DNA from: Candidatus Latescibacterota bacterium
GTDB taxonomy: Bacteria > Latescibacterota > UBA2968
Assembly (NCBI GenBank): GCA_965204375.1
Contig: OZ241986.1
Span: 224,001 to 288,000 of the forward strand
DNA length: 64,000 bases
Direction of reading: 5' to 3'
Shown here: one piece after another, positions 46,133 to 55,688 of the stretch
Layout of the letters: each line of letters starts with the position of its first letter
How positions within the stretch are numbered: the stretch's first letter is position 1
Notes under the pieces: model-generated
The model's database searches: none
Told to the model about the DNA's origin: nothing
What the model saw: the letters and a program-made list of their open reading frames with translations, nothing else
Position numbers and translations under genes: made by a program

Positions 46133-46473
46133 CGGCGACGCTATATATTGAAGGTGGTGGAGAAGGTAGAGAACTCGGTGCGCATTTCCGCGAGGGTTGG
46201 AACAAATTTTTCGAGTCCGCTGGTGTTGGCAGCAAGACAAAGATTGTACGAGGAGGCTCACGGCAACAGACCTTTGAGCGATTTGCCACAGCCGTTGAGG
46301 TAGGTCGTCCCGGCACGGTCCCTCTCTTGCTCGTCGATAGTGAGGCTCCTGTTGCAGCGGGGAATACAGTGTGGCAGCACTTGTCTCTCAACGACAAAAA
46401 TTGGATTCGTCCCATCGGTGCTGGCGTTGATCAAGCATTTCTAATGGTTCAGATTATGGAGACCTGGTTCTTA
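46126..46473 (+). pseudogene. DUF4276-like (TOPRIM-like) partner protein, 3'-truncated by IS
   Basis: 'LYIEGG', 'LLVDSE', 'LMVQIMETWFL' and then the IS terminal repeat; the remainder is not found in the window. Confidence 0.75.
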
Positions 46474-47402
46474 GAAGCTGTTTTAAAACCCTGGCGTTTA
46501 AGCAAGTCTGTTAATTAAGAGATAAATCATACCGATGTGAATAAAGGCTTCACTGTTGTCCGTTAAGCGTTCATAATCCTTTGACAGTCGGCGGAAATTG
46601 AATAACCAAGCAAAGGTGCGTTCAATGACCCAACGGCGTTTGACTATTTGAAAGCCTTCCCCTTTTGGGGTAACGACCTCAAGATCAATCTTATGTGTTT
46701 GTTTTCTATCAGCGACCCATTCCTTGAGGTCTTCGCCGCGATATCCGCCATCAACCCACAGCTTGCGTAAGCGTGTCACGCCTGTTTCAAAATACTGATT
46801 GAGCACCTTTTTGAGGCCATCACGATCTTGGAGATTAGCCGGTGAGACATAGGTGCTGATGACCAGTCCGAGGGTATCGACAAGCAGATGGCGTTTTCGT
46901 CCATTGATCTTCTTTCCCGCATCGTAACCCTTTGAGTCTGCTTGTGTTGCTGTCTTAACACTTTGGCTGTCAATACAGCCTGCTGATGCGTCAGGCTTGC
47001 GCCCTTGCCGTTTGCGCTCCCTACGTGAGAGTGCTTGTTGCACCTGCTGAAAGATGTCTTGCTCGCGCCATTTGTTGAAATAGCCATACACGGTTTGCCA
47101 ACAGCCAAAGGTATGAGGCAGCATGCGCCATTGGCAGCCCGTCTTCGTCAGATACAGGATGCCATCAAACACGCGTCGCAAATTGGCAGGTGGACGTCCG
47201 GGACCTCCTTTTTGCCATTTGCGTTTGGGCAACAAGGGGATCAGCAGTTGCCATTGCGCTTGGGTGACATTTGTCGGATATTGTCTTGGCGTATTCATCG
47301 CATGTCCTTTCTTTTTAAGGTTTTTGGATACCCTAAATTTGGACTGATGAATACGCTTTTTCAACTCTTTTTTTTATTTCTCCATAATTTTAAAACAGCT
47401 TC
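46474..47402 (-). mobile_element. IS5-family insertion sequence (IS1031-like), ~930 bp
   Basis: Perfect terminal inverted repeat (tt)agaagctgttttaaaa at 46471-46488 and ttttaaaacagcttct(aa) at 47388-47405. Confidence 0.9.
46498..47298 (-). CDS. IS5 family transposase
   Basis: 'YP..+T..QW', 'Y..KTGCQWR.LP', 'IDSQSVK', 'GYDAGKKINGRKRHLLVDT.G', 'DGGY', 'RWVIERTFAW...RRL.KDYE'. Confidence 0.93.
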   Translation of the reverse strand: MNTPRQYPTNVTQAQWQLLIPLLPKRKWQKGGPGRPPANLRRVFDGILYLTKTGCQWRMLPHTFGCWQTVYGYFNKWREQDIFQQVQQALSRRERKRQGRKPDASAGCIDSQSVKTATQADSKGYDAGKKINGRKRHLLVDTLGLVISTYVSPANLQDRDGLKKVLNQYFETGVTRLRKLWVDGGYRGEDLKEWVADRKQTHKIDLEVVTPKGEGFQIVKRRWVIERTFAWLFNFRRLSKDYERLTDNSEAFIHIGMIYLLINRLA

Positions 47403-47405
47403 TAA

Positions 47406-49126
47406 CCCGACTAATTCATGAAAGTTTTTGAATAGTCTATTTATGTCATCATTTCGATGTTGTAAGCCCTCTGTCCGTGTTTTTCTGTTTTTGTTGCTCC
47501 CGATTGTGTTTTTACCGGGTTCTGACAGGTCAATGTCATTGGTAGAGCGTGCCTGTGGTAGTCAAAAAGGGCAGAGGTTCCCCCTTGCCCTTGCCTGCCG
47601 AGTCTTTGCCCAGCACAAGGCGGTGTGCGCCAGTGATGTTGTCTGCCTTCTGCTTGCCATCTCTGCCCTCCTGCGTTTTGGGTTAAGGTCCTGCCCTTTT
47701 CAGATTGTGTAGGATTTTATGATACAGATGTTGCAAAGGATAGGACACAGGCAGATGGAAGGTGATCCTTGTTTTCAACTCACAGACGCGTCCTGCGACT
47801 TTGAGGAAGCGATTTTGAATGGTATTGACCTGCGCGTTTATCCACCTTGTGCCATTGAATCCTATTTGCGCCAATGTCTGTATCAAGACATAGGCGGCAG
47901 AATGGAGAAAGAGGCGGAACTGATTGGCAGTAAAGCTGTGACAGGATGTGCGGTCAGAGTGGAGAAAGGTTTTGTGATTTTTAATGAAGTTTTCCATCTG
48001 TCCGCGCGCACAATAGACGCTTTGATAGATAAAGGACGCCATTGAACTTTTCAGGTTGGTCACGACAAAGCGTGTGTTTTGGCCTCGGTCACTGATTTCG
48101 ACCTTGCATACGATGCGTTGTGCCTTGTTCCAACTCTTTGCCTGATAGGAAAACGAGGTAAAAAGACGCACGGCCTCCTTTGTATGTGCATAAAGCCTTT
48201 TGGCCTGCGCGATAAGGGGTTGTGCCGCCTCACAAAGCTTGGCATTGCTGGTCTGTCCTAAGATAAAATACAGGTCACTATCGGCACACAACTGATGGAC
48301 TTGTGGACAAGAAAAGTGGGCATCACCCCGCAAGATGATCGCCACATCAGGCCAAGCCTGACGCAGATAGGCCACCAAACGCTTGACTATGGCGACTATC
48401 TGTTGGCCGGTCGGACGGATACCGGGACGCAATATCGTAGTGATCAACTTACCGGTTTGTCCCTCATAAATATGCAAGGGCTGATAGGTGTAGGCATTGT
48501 AATAGCCATTGAATAGGGACAACTGCTGGGTCCCATAAACCGTATCCTGTGTATCATCAATATCTAAGATGATCGCCTCGGGCGGCTTTTTATACGAAGC
48601 GATAAAACAATCGAGGAAGGCACGGGCAATCCGATACAAGTCGCTTCGCCTGATCTGGTTCTCAAACCGGCTCATCGTGGGTTGACTGCCCAAGTCTTTA
48701 CCTGAAAGCGGCAAGACACCACAGGCGGCCTTGATACCCGGATCGCTGCGTAAGGCATCACAATCATTGCCATCTTCATACCCACAGGCTATCTGGAACA
48801 CCCGTTGCTTGACCAACTCTGCGACGGAGTGCCTCACATAACTCTTATGCCGACGATCCGTGATCGCAGCACTCATGCGTGTTAAAATGCCAGATTTTGC
48901 CTCTACTTCTCGAAGCAATAACGCGCCGCTATCGCTGGTGAGAATGCCCCCATCAAAGGCGATATTGACACGTTTGCCGAAAATGCTTGCCAAAGGAACC
49001 TTGCGATGTTTATCTTGTGACCCCATGGTAGTTTCCTCCAAGTCTATTGTTTAATGGTTATGGTGATAACCTATAATAATACAATGACTTGAATAAGGAA
49101 ACTACCTTTTTTATGAATTTTTCAGG
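47406..49126 (-). mobile_element. IS1380-family insertion sequence, ~1.72 kb
   Basis: Imperfect terminal IRs cccgactaattcatgaaag (47406) and reverse complement cctgaaaaattcataaaaa (49126); long hairpin covering the transposase start (49028-49105). Confidence 0.85.
47683..49026 (-). CDS. IS1380 family transposase
   Basis: 'FDGG.LTSDSG.LLL', 'GYEDGND...LR.DP', 'SQPT.SRFEN', 'LDIDDT', 'RGDAHF', 'Y..RGQMENFIK', 'RTSCHSF.ANQFRL'. Confidence 0.93.
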   Translation of the reverse strand: MGSQDKHRKVPLASIFGKRVNIAFDGGILTSDSGALLLREVEAKSGILTRMSAAITDRRHKSYVRHSVAELVKQRVFQIACGYEDGNDCDALRSDPGIKAACGVLPLSGKDLGSQPTMSRFENQIRRSDLYRIARAFLDCFIASYKKPPEAIILDIDDTQDTVYGTQQLSLFNGYYNAYTYQPLHIYEGQTGKLITTILRPGIRPTGQQIVAIVKRLVAYLRQAWPDVAIILRGDAHFSCPQVHQLCADSDLYFILGQTSNAKLCEAAQPLIAQAKRLYAHTKEAVRLFTSFSYQAKSWNKAQRIVCKVEISDRGQNTRFVVTNLKSSMASFIYQSVYCARGQMENFIKNHKTFLHSDRTSCHSFTANQFRLFLHSAAYVLIQTLAQIGFNGTRWINAQVNTIQNRFLKVAGRVCELKTRITFHLPVSYPLQHLYHKILHNLKRAGP

Positions 49127-49130
49127 TTAG

Positions 49131-49682
49131 GTCTCTTCAGTATCATTTTCACCCGATGGGACAATGCTTGCTTCTGGGACATGGCTTAGGGTCAAGTTGT
49201 GGGATGTTTCAACGAGGGACAGTATCTTCACGCTTGAGGGGTATAGTACTCCTGTCTCTTCAGTATCATTTTCACCTGATGGTACACTGCTTGCCTCAGG
49301 GTCATTCGGTGGCACGGTCAGGTTGTGGGATGTTTCAACGAGGCGTAATATCGCCACGCTTGAGGGGCATACGTCAATAGTTAATTCAGTATCATTTTCA
49401 CCTGATGGTACACTGCTTGCTTCTGGATCACAAGACGGCACGAGTCTGCTGTGGGATATGTCGCCGTATATCACACCTTCAACGCCTACGACAGCCCCTA
49501 CCCCCGACTTTGATGGCGATGGAAGGGTTGGTATTTCCGATTTTTTGCTGTTTGGGGAACAGTTTGGGTTCAGTCGGAGTGACGAGGGATATGACGCGCG
49601 GTTTGATCTGGATAGCAATGGTGTGATTGGGGTTAGTGATTTTCTGATTTTTGTCAATGCCTTTGGTAAGAAAGTGTCATGA
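49131..49682 (+). pseudogene. 5'-truncated WD40-repeat protein with C-terminal EF-hand/dockerin-like domain
   Basis: Repeats 'VSSVSFSPDGTLLASGS...TV.LWDV'; Pro/Thr linker; 'DFDGDGRVGISDF...F...FG' x2; the frame begins mid-repeat right at the IS1380 end. Confidence 0.8.
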
Positions 49683-49713
49683 CTTGCGCGGGCTAATTGC
49701 AATGGAGGTACTA

Positions 49714-50022
49714 ATGACAGAGATTCTCGAGAGCAAGCGCGACGCCATCGCGAAAGCCTGCAAGCGCCATGGCGTAACCCGGTTGGACGCCTTTGGTTCA
49801 GCTCTAAACGATGACTTCCATCCCGGTCAGAGCGACGTGGATCTATTGGTCGAACTTGGTCCGATGGGACCCTATGCTCGAGTCGATGCCTATTTCGGTC
49901 TGCTGAAAGACCTGAGAACGATACTGGGTGATCAAGTCGATCTGGTCGTTTCAGGAGCTGTGAAGAACCGCTATATCGCCCGCGACATTGAGGAGACGAA
50001 GGAGTTGCTGTATGCCGCGTGA
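49714..50022 (+). CDS. Minimal nucleotidyltransferase (MNT/MntA-type antitoxin)
   Basis: RBS GGAGGT; 'FGSA...DF....SDVDLLV', 'VDLV'. Confidence 0.85.
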   Translation: MTEILESKRDAIAKACKRHGVTRLDAFGSALNDDFHPGQSDVDLLVELGPMGPYARVDAYFGLLKDLRTILGDQVDLVVSGAVKNRYIARDIEETKELLYAA

Positions 50023-50090
50023 CGCAAGAGCCTACCTGACTGACTCATCAGTATCCAACCGTGGATGACGCTATCGTTTGGGCGATGTAG
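50012..50090 (+). pseudogene. Internally deleted HEPN/DUF86 toxin remnant
   Basis: Overlapping ATG gives 'MPRDARAYLTD'; a shifted frame immediately gives 'THQYPTVDDAIVWA', i.e. an N-terminal and a C-terminal-region signature of DUF86 joined. Confidence 0.65.
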
Positions 50091-50128
50091 CAGTGTTTGA
50101 TTGCATAAGACCTTTAAGGAGAAAAACC

Positions 50129-50393
50129 ATGCCCTATACTAATTATACATCTCAGGAAGTCGAATCGCGCGGTGAAGCAATTTATGTACAACAGATCCGC
50201 GACAATGTGATCTCCAAACCAAAGGCGAGTTCTTAGTTATCGATATTGAAACAGGTGAATACGAGATCAATGCTGACCTACAAAACAGCTACTTGCCAAA
50301 CATCCCAATGCTGTCATTTACGGTTTGCGAATTGGATTCCTAACTACCTACCGCATCGGTAGTAGTTTTTCGGTGAACACACGTAATGGTTGA
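50129..50393 (+). pseudogene. Frameshifted small hypothetical protein (DUF5678-like)
   Basis: RBS AAGGAG; pieces 'MPYTNYTSQEVESRGEAIYVQQIR', 'KGEFLVIDIETGEYEI', 'LLAKHPNAVIYGLRIG' are separated by frameshifts. Confidence 0.55.
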
Positions 50394-50492
50394 CAAACTG
50401 CAATCTCAGAGATCTGGGACTTTGAGGCAGAACGGAGACGACAAGATTGGAGTTTGCGATTCTCTGATCTTTACTAATAACTTCGACAGAAA

Positions 50493-50813
50493 ATGACAGT
50501 AGAAATCTATCAAAATAAGCAGGAATATCGGCCTTTTGAAGCATGGGTTAATAGACTTAGAGATCAACGGGCACAAGCGGCTATTGATAATCGGATCAGA
50601 CGAATTTCTCTCGGAAATTTGGGAGATTACAAGTCTATAGGCGAGGGAATATGTGAGCTAATAATAGACATAGGGCCTGGATATCGCGTATATTTTAGAC
50701 GTATTGGACAAACGATCATTCTCTTGTTATGCGGGGGCGACAAGCGATCACAACGCAGGGATATCTCGAGAGCAAAACAATTTTGGAATGACTATCAGGA
50801 GCGCGTGTCATGA
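50493..50813 (+). CDS. Type II TA toxin, RelE/HigB-like (addiction module killer, DUF891-type)
   Basis: 'F..W...LRD..A...I..RI.R...GNLGD.K..GEG..EL.ID.GPGYRVY....G...ILLLCGGDK..Q..DI..A'. Confidence 0.9.
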   Translation: MTVEIYQNKQEYRPFEAWVNRLRDQRAQAAIDNRIRRISLGNLGDYKSIGEGICELIIDIGPGYRVYFRRIGQTIILLLCGGDKRSQRRDISRAKQFWNDYQERVS

Positions 50814-51139
50814 AACCATCTATTCCTTTTGAAAATTATCTTATGGCAAAATTAGAAGATCCCGATTATGCGAAGCTATATCTTGAAACCGCATTGGAAG
50901 AATACAGCAAAGACCGCGATGCGGATGCCTTTTTATTGGCCTTGAGGGATATTGCCATTGCACAAGGCGGATTGAGTAAATTGGCGAGCGAGACAAATCT
51001 CAATCGAGCAGGGATTTACCGGGCACTTGGCACGGGAGGCAATCCGCATTTGGATACGCTGGAGAAGATTTTGCGTTGTCTTGGATTCCGGCTATCCGTC
51101 GAGCCTCTGGTCTCAAAGGAAGTCGCCGATACAGTGTAG
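50810..51139 (+). CDS. Type II TA antitoxin, HTH (addiction module antidote, HI1420-type)
   Basis: 'YL..ALE', 'FL.ALRD.A.AQGG...LA..T.LNR...YRAL...GNP.L.T...IL..LG'; ATGA overlap with the toxin gene. Confidence 0.9.
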   Translation: MKPSIPFENYLMAKLEDPDYAKLYLETALEEYSKDRDADAFLLALRDIAIAQGGLSKLASETNLNRAGIYRALGTGGNPHLDTLEKILRCLGFRLSVEPLVSKEVADTV

Positions 51140-51168
51140 TTTTTATTTTATTGAATAGGAGAATGGTC

Positions 51169-51738
51169 ATGGCTAAGTCAATAAACGTCAGTTGCGAAGA
51201 CCGTTTGGCGATGGACGAGCGGCATATTTACCCCCGGTATATGGGGTTTCGCCCGGCGGATGGTCAGGTGTGCGATGTGAATCCGCCCAGGTTTAGCTGG
51301 CCGTTTGATCCGGCGATTATTCCGCAGGGGCCGCTGCCAATAGAGCGGAGGTTCAGGCTGCGGATTGGGAGTACACCCGATTTGAAGGATCCGGTGGTTG
51401 ATGTCAGACAGACGCCGTATAATTTTTACAATGCACTTCCGGTTTTGAAGGGTGGCCGCAAGTGGTTCTGGCAGGTGACGTACGATGCGGGGACGCCTTC
51501 TGAGCGCGAGAGCGAGGTGAGGCGTTTTGAGCTTGCGCCCGATGCGGTTGCATGGGATCGCACGGCGATTGAGCATAAGGTGAGCGGACATCCGAGGATT
51601 ATTTTTACGCCTGAGAATTTGCAGGATCTGAGAGAGCTTCAGGATAAGGATTTGGAGTGTGGGGAGATTGCGCGGCAGGCGATTCGTCTGGCGGATGAGA
51701 CGTTGAAGGCGGACTGGTTTGTGAATTTTCCGGACTAG
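51169..51738 (+). pseudogene. N-terminal fragment of a DUF4962/heparinase II-III-like polysaccharide lyase
   Basis: 'P.DG......NPPRFSWP', 'YNFY', 'WFWQV', 'HPRI.F'; stops after ~190 aa whereas such proteins are usually much longer. Confidence 0.55.
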
Positions 51739-51906
51739 GGAAGGCTAGCAGTTTAAGACCATAATTTTAGTTAGTTTTCGCCAACCGACCCCCAACCGGC
51801 TTTTGCCGGTTTTTTTGCGGTCTATTGTTTTCTTGACTTCTATTTTTGAGTGATTTATGCATGCCTTGTCGGATATTGAGGATTTGAGATTTTAACGGAG
51901 GTTGCT

Positions 51907-52857
51907 ATGACCATTCAGGAGCAGTTGCACTACGAGCAGGTCAATGACGAGTCGCTGAGTTTTCTCAAAGCGATTGGCGTTGACTATCTCACGATCAATC
52001 CTTCGATGGATATGCGCGATGGTAAAGATCGCCGCGCGTACTGGGCAGAGGTGCGAGATAGAGCTGCTGATCACGGCCTGATTTTGCGAAATGCTGCCAG
52101 CTATGGTTGGGATGAGTTTACTCTGGGTTTGGAAGATCGAGATGAAAAAATAGATGCCTGGTGTATGTTTATCCGCAATTTGGGTGAGGCAGGGATACCC
52201 ACTCTGGGATACAATTTTAAGCCGATTGGCAATTTTCGCACAGAGTCGGCGACGGGGCGCGGCGGTGTCAAATACAGTACGTTTGATTACGACGAATGGG
52301 CGCGCGAGCGCGTGTATGTGCCCGAAAAAGCAATTTCAGAAGCTGGCATGTGGGAAAATATCGAATACTTTTTGAAGCGCGTGATACCCGTGGCCGAAGA
52401 ATACGGCGTGAGGATGGCATTGCATCCGGATGATCCGCCCATTCCCGAACCGATGGGTGGGGCCGCGCGTATTGTATCGACGTTGGAGCAATATCACCGT
52501 ATCTTTGACCTTGCTCCCAGCCCGTGCAATGCCATGCTATTTTGCCAGGGCTGCGTGGCTGAAATGGGTGAAGATGTTTGCGAAGCGATCCGCGATATTG
52601 GCGGTCGGGACAAAATTGTGTATGTGCATTTTCGAGATATTCAGGGTTCGCCGAGAAGTTTTCGAGAGGTGTTTATTGATGAAGGGCAAAACGATATGCA
52701 CAAGGCGATGCAAACCTATAAGGACGTGGGGTTTAATGGTCCGTTTATGATGGACCACACCCCCAGGTTCTGGCAATCGGGTACTGAGTGGGCAGGGCGG
52801 GCGTTTGCCGTGGGGTACATGCGCGCGTTGATTCAGGCGGTTTATCAGGAAAGGTGA
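51907..52857 (+). CDS. uxuA: Mannonate dehydratase
   Basis: 'IRNLG.AGI....YNF', 'WEN..YFL..V.PVAEE.GVRMALHPDDPP', 'FCQG', 'YVHFR', 'DHTP', 'A.AVGY'. Confidence 0.88.
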   Translation: MTIQEQLHYEQVNDESLSFLKAIGVDYLTINPSMDMRDGKDRRAYWAEVRDRAADHGLILRNAASYGWDEFTLGLEDRDEKIDAWCMFIRNLGEAGIPTLGYNFKPIGNFRTESATGRGGVKYSTFDYDEWARERVYVPEKAISEAGMWENIEYFLKRVIPVAEEYGVRMALHPDDPPIPEPMGGAARIVSTLEQYHRIFDLAPSPCNAMLFCQGCVAEMGEDVCEAIRDIGGRDKIVYVHFRDIQGSPRSFREVFIDEGQNDMHKAMQTYKDVGFNGPFMMDHTPRFWQSGTEWAGRAFAVGYMRALIQAVYQER

Positions 52858-52869
52858 AAGGAGGACAAT

Positions 52870-53862
52870 ATGGAAAAGAAGACGGTAAGTTCTCAGAAGG
52901 TCGTCAAGGTTGCCATGATCGGTGCAGGGGGGCGGTCGCGCAGTGTACACTATCCCTCGCTGAACGATATGGACGATGTCAAAATGGTGGCCGTGTGTGA
53001 GTTGAATGAAGTGCGTATGATCGAGGTGGCGGGGGAGTACGATATTCCAGCGCGATACACCAATTATGTGACGATGATCGAACGGGAGAAACCCGATGTG
53101 GTTTATGCGATTATGCCACCGCATCACATATACGATCTGGCGGCGAATATTATGGATATGGGCGTTAATATCATCATTGAAAAACCACCTTCAGTAACGA
53201 CCGAACAGGCCAAACAGATGGCGTTGTTGGCGAAAAAGAACAATGTGATTACGGGTGTGACATTCCAGAGGCGGTTTGCGCCGGTGATCCGCACGGGAAA
53301 AGAAATATGTGAAAAAAATGGGCCCGTACACAGCGCAGCGTCGTATTTTTTGAAAAACGAAGTGGGCGGGCAACCCATTTACAAGGGTGCGATGGAAAAA
53401 CTGACTTGCGATGGTATTCACGCAGTGGATACGCTGCGATATTTGTGCGGTGGAGAAGTAGAAGCCGTGGCGAGCGATGTGCGGCGATTGGATGCCACGT
53501 TTAGAAATATGCATACAGCGCTGGTGAAGTTTTCGTCTGGCGCGACAGGTGTGCTACAAAATTGTTATATGATGGGACGTCGGATGTTCACGGTGGAAGT
53601 GCATTCGACGGGTATTTCGATGTTTGGCGATCCCGAAGAGGGCGGGCAGGTATTTGCCGATGGCAAAGTTGAACCCGTGCGCTCGCTTGATCCATGGATA
53701 CTGAGCGAAAGCGAGAAGCCACATGTCGCTTTTGGAGCTTATGCCATCAATCGCCATTTTATCGATTGCGTAAAAACGGGCCAACAACCCGAAACAAATT
53801 TTGAAGATGCGGCAAAATCTATGGAATTGGTCGATGCGATTTACGATTCGCAAATCGGATGA
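52870..53862 (+). CDS. Gfo/Idh/MocA family oxidoreductase
   Basis: 'IGAGG', 'IEKPP', 'FQRRF', 'DGIHAVD'. Confidence 0.9.
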   Translation: MEKKTVSSQKVVKVAMIGAGGRSRSVHYPSLNDMDDVKMVAVCELNEVRMIEVAGEYDIPARYTNYVTMIEREKPDVVYAIMPPHHIYDLAANIMDMGVNIIIEKPPSVTTEQAKQMALLAKKNNVITGVTFQRRFAPVIRTGKEICEKNGPVHSAASYFLKNEVGGQPIYKGAMEKLTCDGIHAVDTLRYLCGGEVEAVASDVRRLDATFRNMHTALVKFSSGATGVLQNCYMMGRRMFTVEVHSTGISMFGDPEEGGQVFADGKVEPVRSLDPWILSESEKPHVAFGAYAINRHFIDCVKTGQQPETNFEDAAKSMELVDAIYDSQIG

Positions 53863-53890
53863 GACGCGACAGGCAGTGGTCGGCAGAAAT

Positions 53891-53920
53891 AAGGCGGGAT
53901 GTGATAGATCCCGCCTTTTT
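53891..53920. terminator. Intrinsic terminator between convergent genes
   Basis: aaggcgggat-N7-atcccgcctt followed by a T tract. Confidence 0.75.
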
Positions 53921-53931
53921 GTTATTGGGTT

Positions 53932-54531
53932 TTACAACAGGTGTCCATTTCCGCGTGTTCGGCGCTTTACTTCGCGCAGGGTGGCGAGTGACTTTTCGAG
54001 CGCATTAGACACGGTTTTGAGGCGTTCATTGGGTGAGGTGCTTTCCAGAAGTGCTTGCTGTTCATCGAGAGATAAGGTGAGGTTTGATGCGAGGATGTAT
54101 GAGAGTGCACCCAGTTCCAGGGCGGGTATTTGGGGCGATATCCACCCCGATGAGAGCTTCATGGCTTCAGAATAGAGTTTTTTGGCGCGGTTCCCCAAAG
54201 AAATGTCAAAGGCTTCGTCATCGTCTTCTACATCTTCCACAAAGCCCGATATATACGGATGGATATCGTATTGCTGGATAACGCGAAAGCGTCGCGTTCC
54301 TTCGATCAGGATGTTCATTCGGCCATCGGGAAATCGATTGAGCAGGCCGACAACACGCGCCGCGCATCCGATGTCGTTAAAATCGTCGTCTGTGCCCCAT
54401 ACAAGACCAAATTCGGTGTCGTTGTCAAGGCATTCACCAATCATTTGCTTGTATCGCTCTTCAAAGATATGCAAGGGAACACGCCGGTGTGGCAGCAGCA
54501 CCATGTCGAGGGGAAAGAGGGGAAGTTCCAT
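53932..54531 (-). CDS. LON peptidase N-terminal (substrate-binding) domain protein
   Basis: 'LPLFPL..VL.P...PLHIFEERY..M', 'DGR.NI...G..RF', 'Q.LLE'. Confidence 0.88.
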   Translation of the reverse strand: MELPLFPLDMVLLPHRRVPLHIFEERYKQMIGECLDNDTEFGLVWGTDDDFNDIGCAARVVGLLNRFPDGRMNILIEGTRRFRVIQQYDIHPYISGFVEDVEDDDEAFDISLGNRAKKLYSEAMKLSSGWISPQIPALELGALSYILASNLTLSLDEQQALLESTSPNERLKTVSNALEKSLATLREVKRRTRGNGHLL

Positions 54532-54535
54532 TGGA

Positions 54536-55435
54536 TCAGGAGGCGAGTTTTTGATCGCTGTTTAAGAGAATATCGAGCAATTTTTGGGTGGCGATTGACA
54601 AACTGCGTCCTTTGCGAAAGAGGATGCCCAATGGCCGGTCAAAATCTCGATCTACAAAGTGCAGATATGCAAGGGTTTTGCGAGCGATTTCTTGCTCAAT
54701 GGAATTGAGTGGTAAAATAGAGATGCCAATATCGACTTCTACGGCGTGTTTGATGGGGGCTATGTGGTCGAGTTCCATGACGATATTGGGGCGTATTTTA
54801 TATTTTTTTAAGAACTGATCAATGGCGCGCCGAGTTGGGGTTTCGGGGGTAAAGAGAACCAGCGGAAATTTGTTGAGTTCTCGTGGTAAGAATGCGTTGC
54901 GAGAAGCCAATTCATGATCGGGATGCATGGCCACGACCATTTTGTCCTGTGAAAAGGGCATCACATCTACATTGCGTTGGGTGCGTGGATATGGCACAAT
55001 GCCCAAATCGACTTCGCCATTGGCAACATCGTCATAAATTTTATTTACCTGATCGTATTGGAGACGGAAATTAACCCGGGGATAGGCTTTGAGGTAGGTT
55101 TTGAGAAAGGGGGTGAGTTCGAGCATCCCCACGCTGTAAATAGATGACAGACGAACAGTTCCCGAAACCACCCCTCCCAGAGCCTGAATGCGGTGTTCCA
55201 TTTCTTCGTAGCGTCGGACAATTTCTCGGGCATAAGAGTAAAAAATTTCGCCTTCTGCAGTGAGTGTCAGGCGTCTTTTTTCAACTCGTTCTATGAGTTG
55301 TTTTCCCTGACGTTTTTCGATGCTTTTGAGTTGCTGGCTTACCGCGGATTGAGTAACGGAATTGAGGACAGCGGTTTTGGAAAAACTCTGAGTTTCAATC
55401 AGGTCACAGAAGACTTTCAGACTTGTAATCAGCAA
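54536..55435 (-). CDS. LysR family transcriptional regulator
   Basis: 'SFSKTA....TQSAVSQQ...+E', 'LT..GE..Y'; substrate-binding domain; TTG start. Confidence 0.92.
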   Translation of the reverse strand: MLITSLKVFCDLIETQSFSKTAVLNSVTQSAVSQQLKSIEKRQGKQLIERVEKRRLTLTAEGEIFYSYAREIVRRYEEMEHRIQALGGVVSGTVRLSSIYSVGMLELTPFLKTYLKAYPRVNFRLQYDQVNKIYDDVANGEVDLGIVPYPRTQRNVDVMPFSQDKMVVAMHPDHELASRNAFLPRELNKFPLVLFTPETPTRRAIDQFLKKYKIRPNIVMELDHIAPIKHAVEVDIGISILPLNSIEQEIARKTLAYLHFVDRDFDRPLGILFRKGRSLSIATQKLLDILLNSDQKLAS

Positions 55436-55688
55436 GGGCTTTCTCCGTCGTTAAAAGTATAAGAGGATATGAAATTGTGAGAGGGTGTAAATTAGAACAG
55501 CAAATCTATAAGAAACTCGAAACTATGTCAATAGAAAAACTGGATTTGAAAAATATTGGCCGTACTGAATAGGGTGTAGAAACAATGAATAGGGAACCGC
55601 GGCTAAAATGTCAATTTTGGATTTGCCCTTGTAAAAAACGCCAGAACATCTTATACTTCAATTTGTTATCGCTATATGGAGATTGTTT

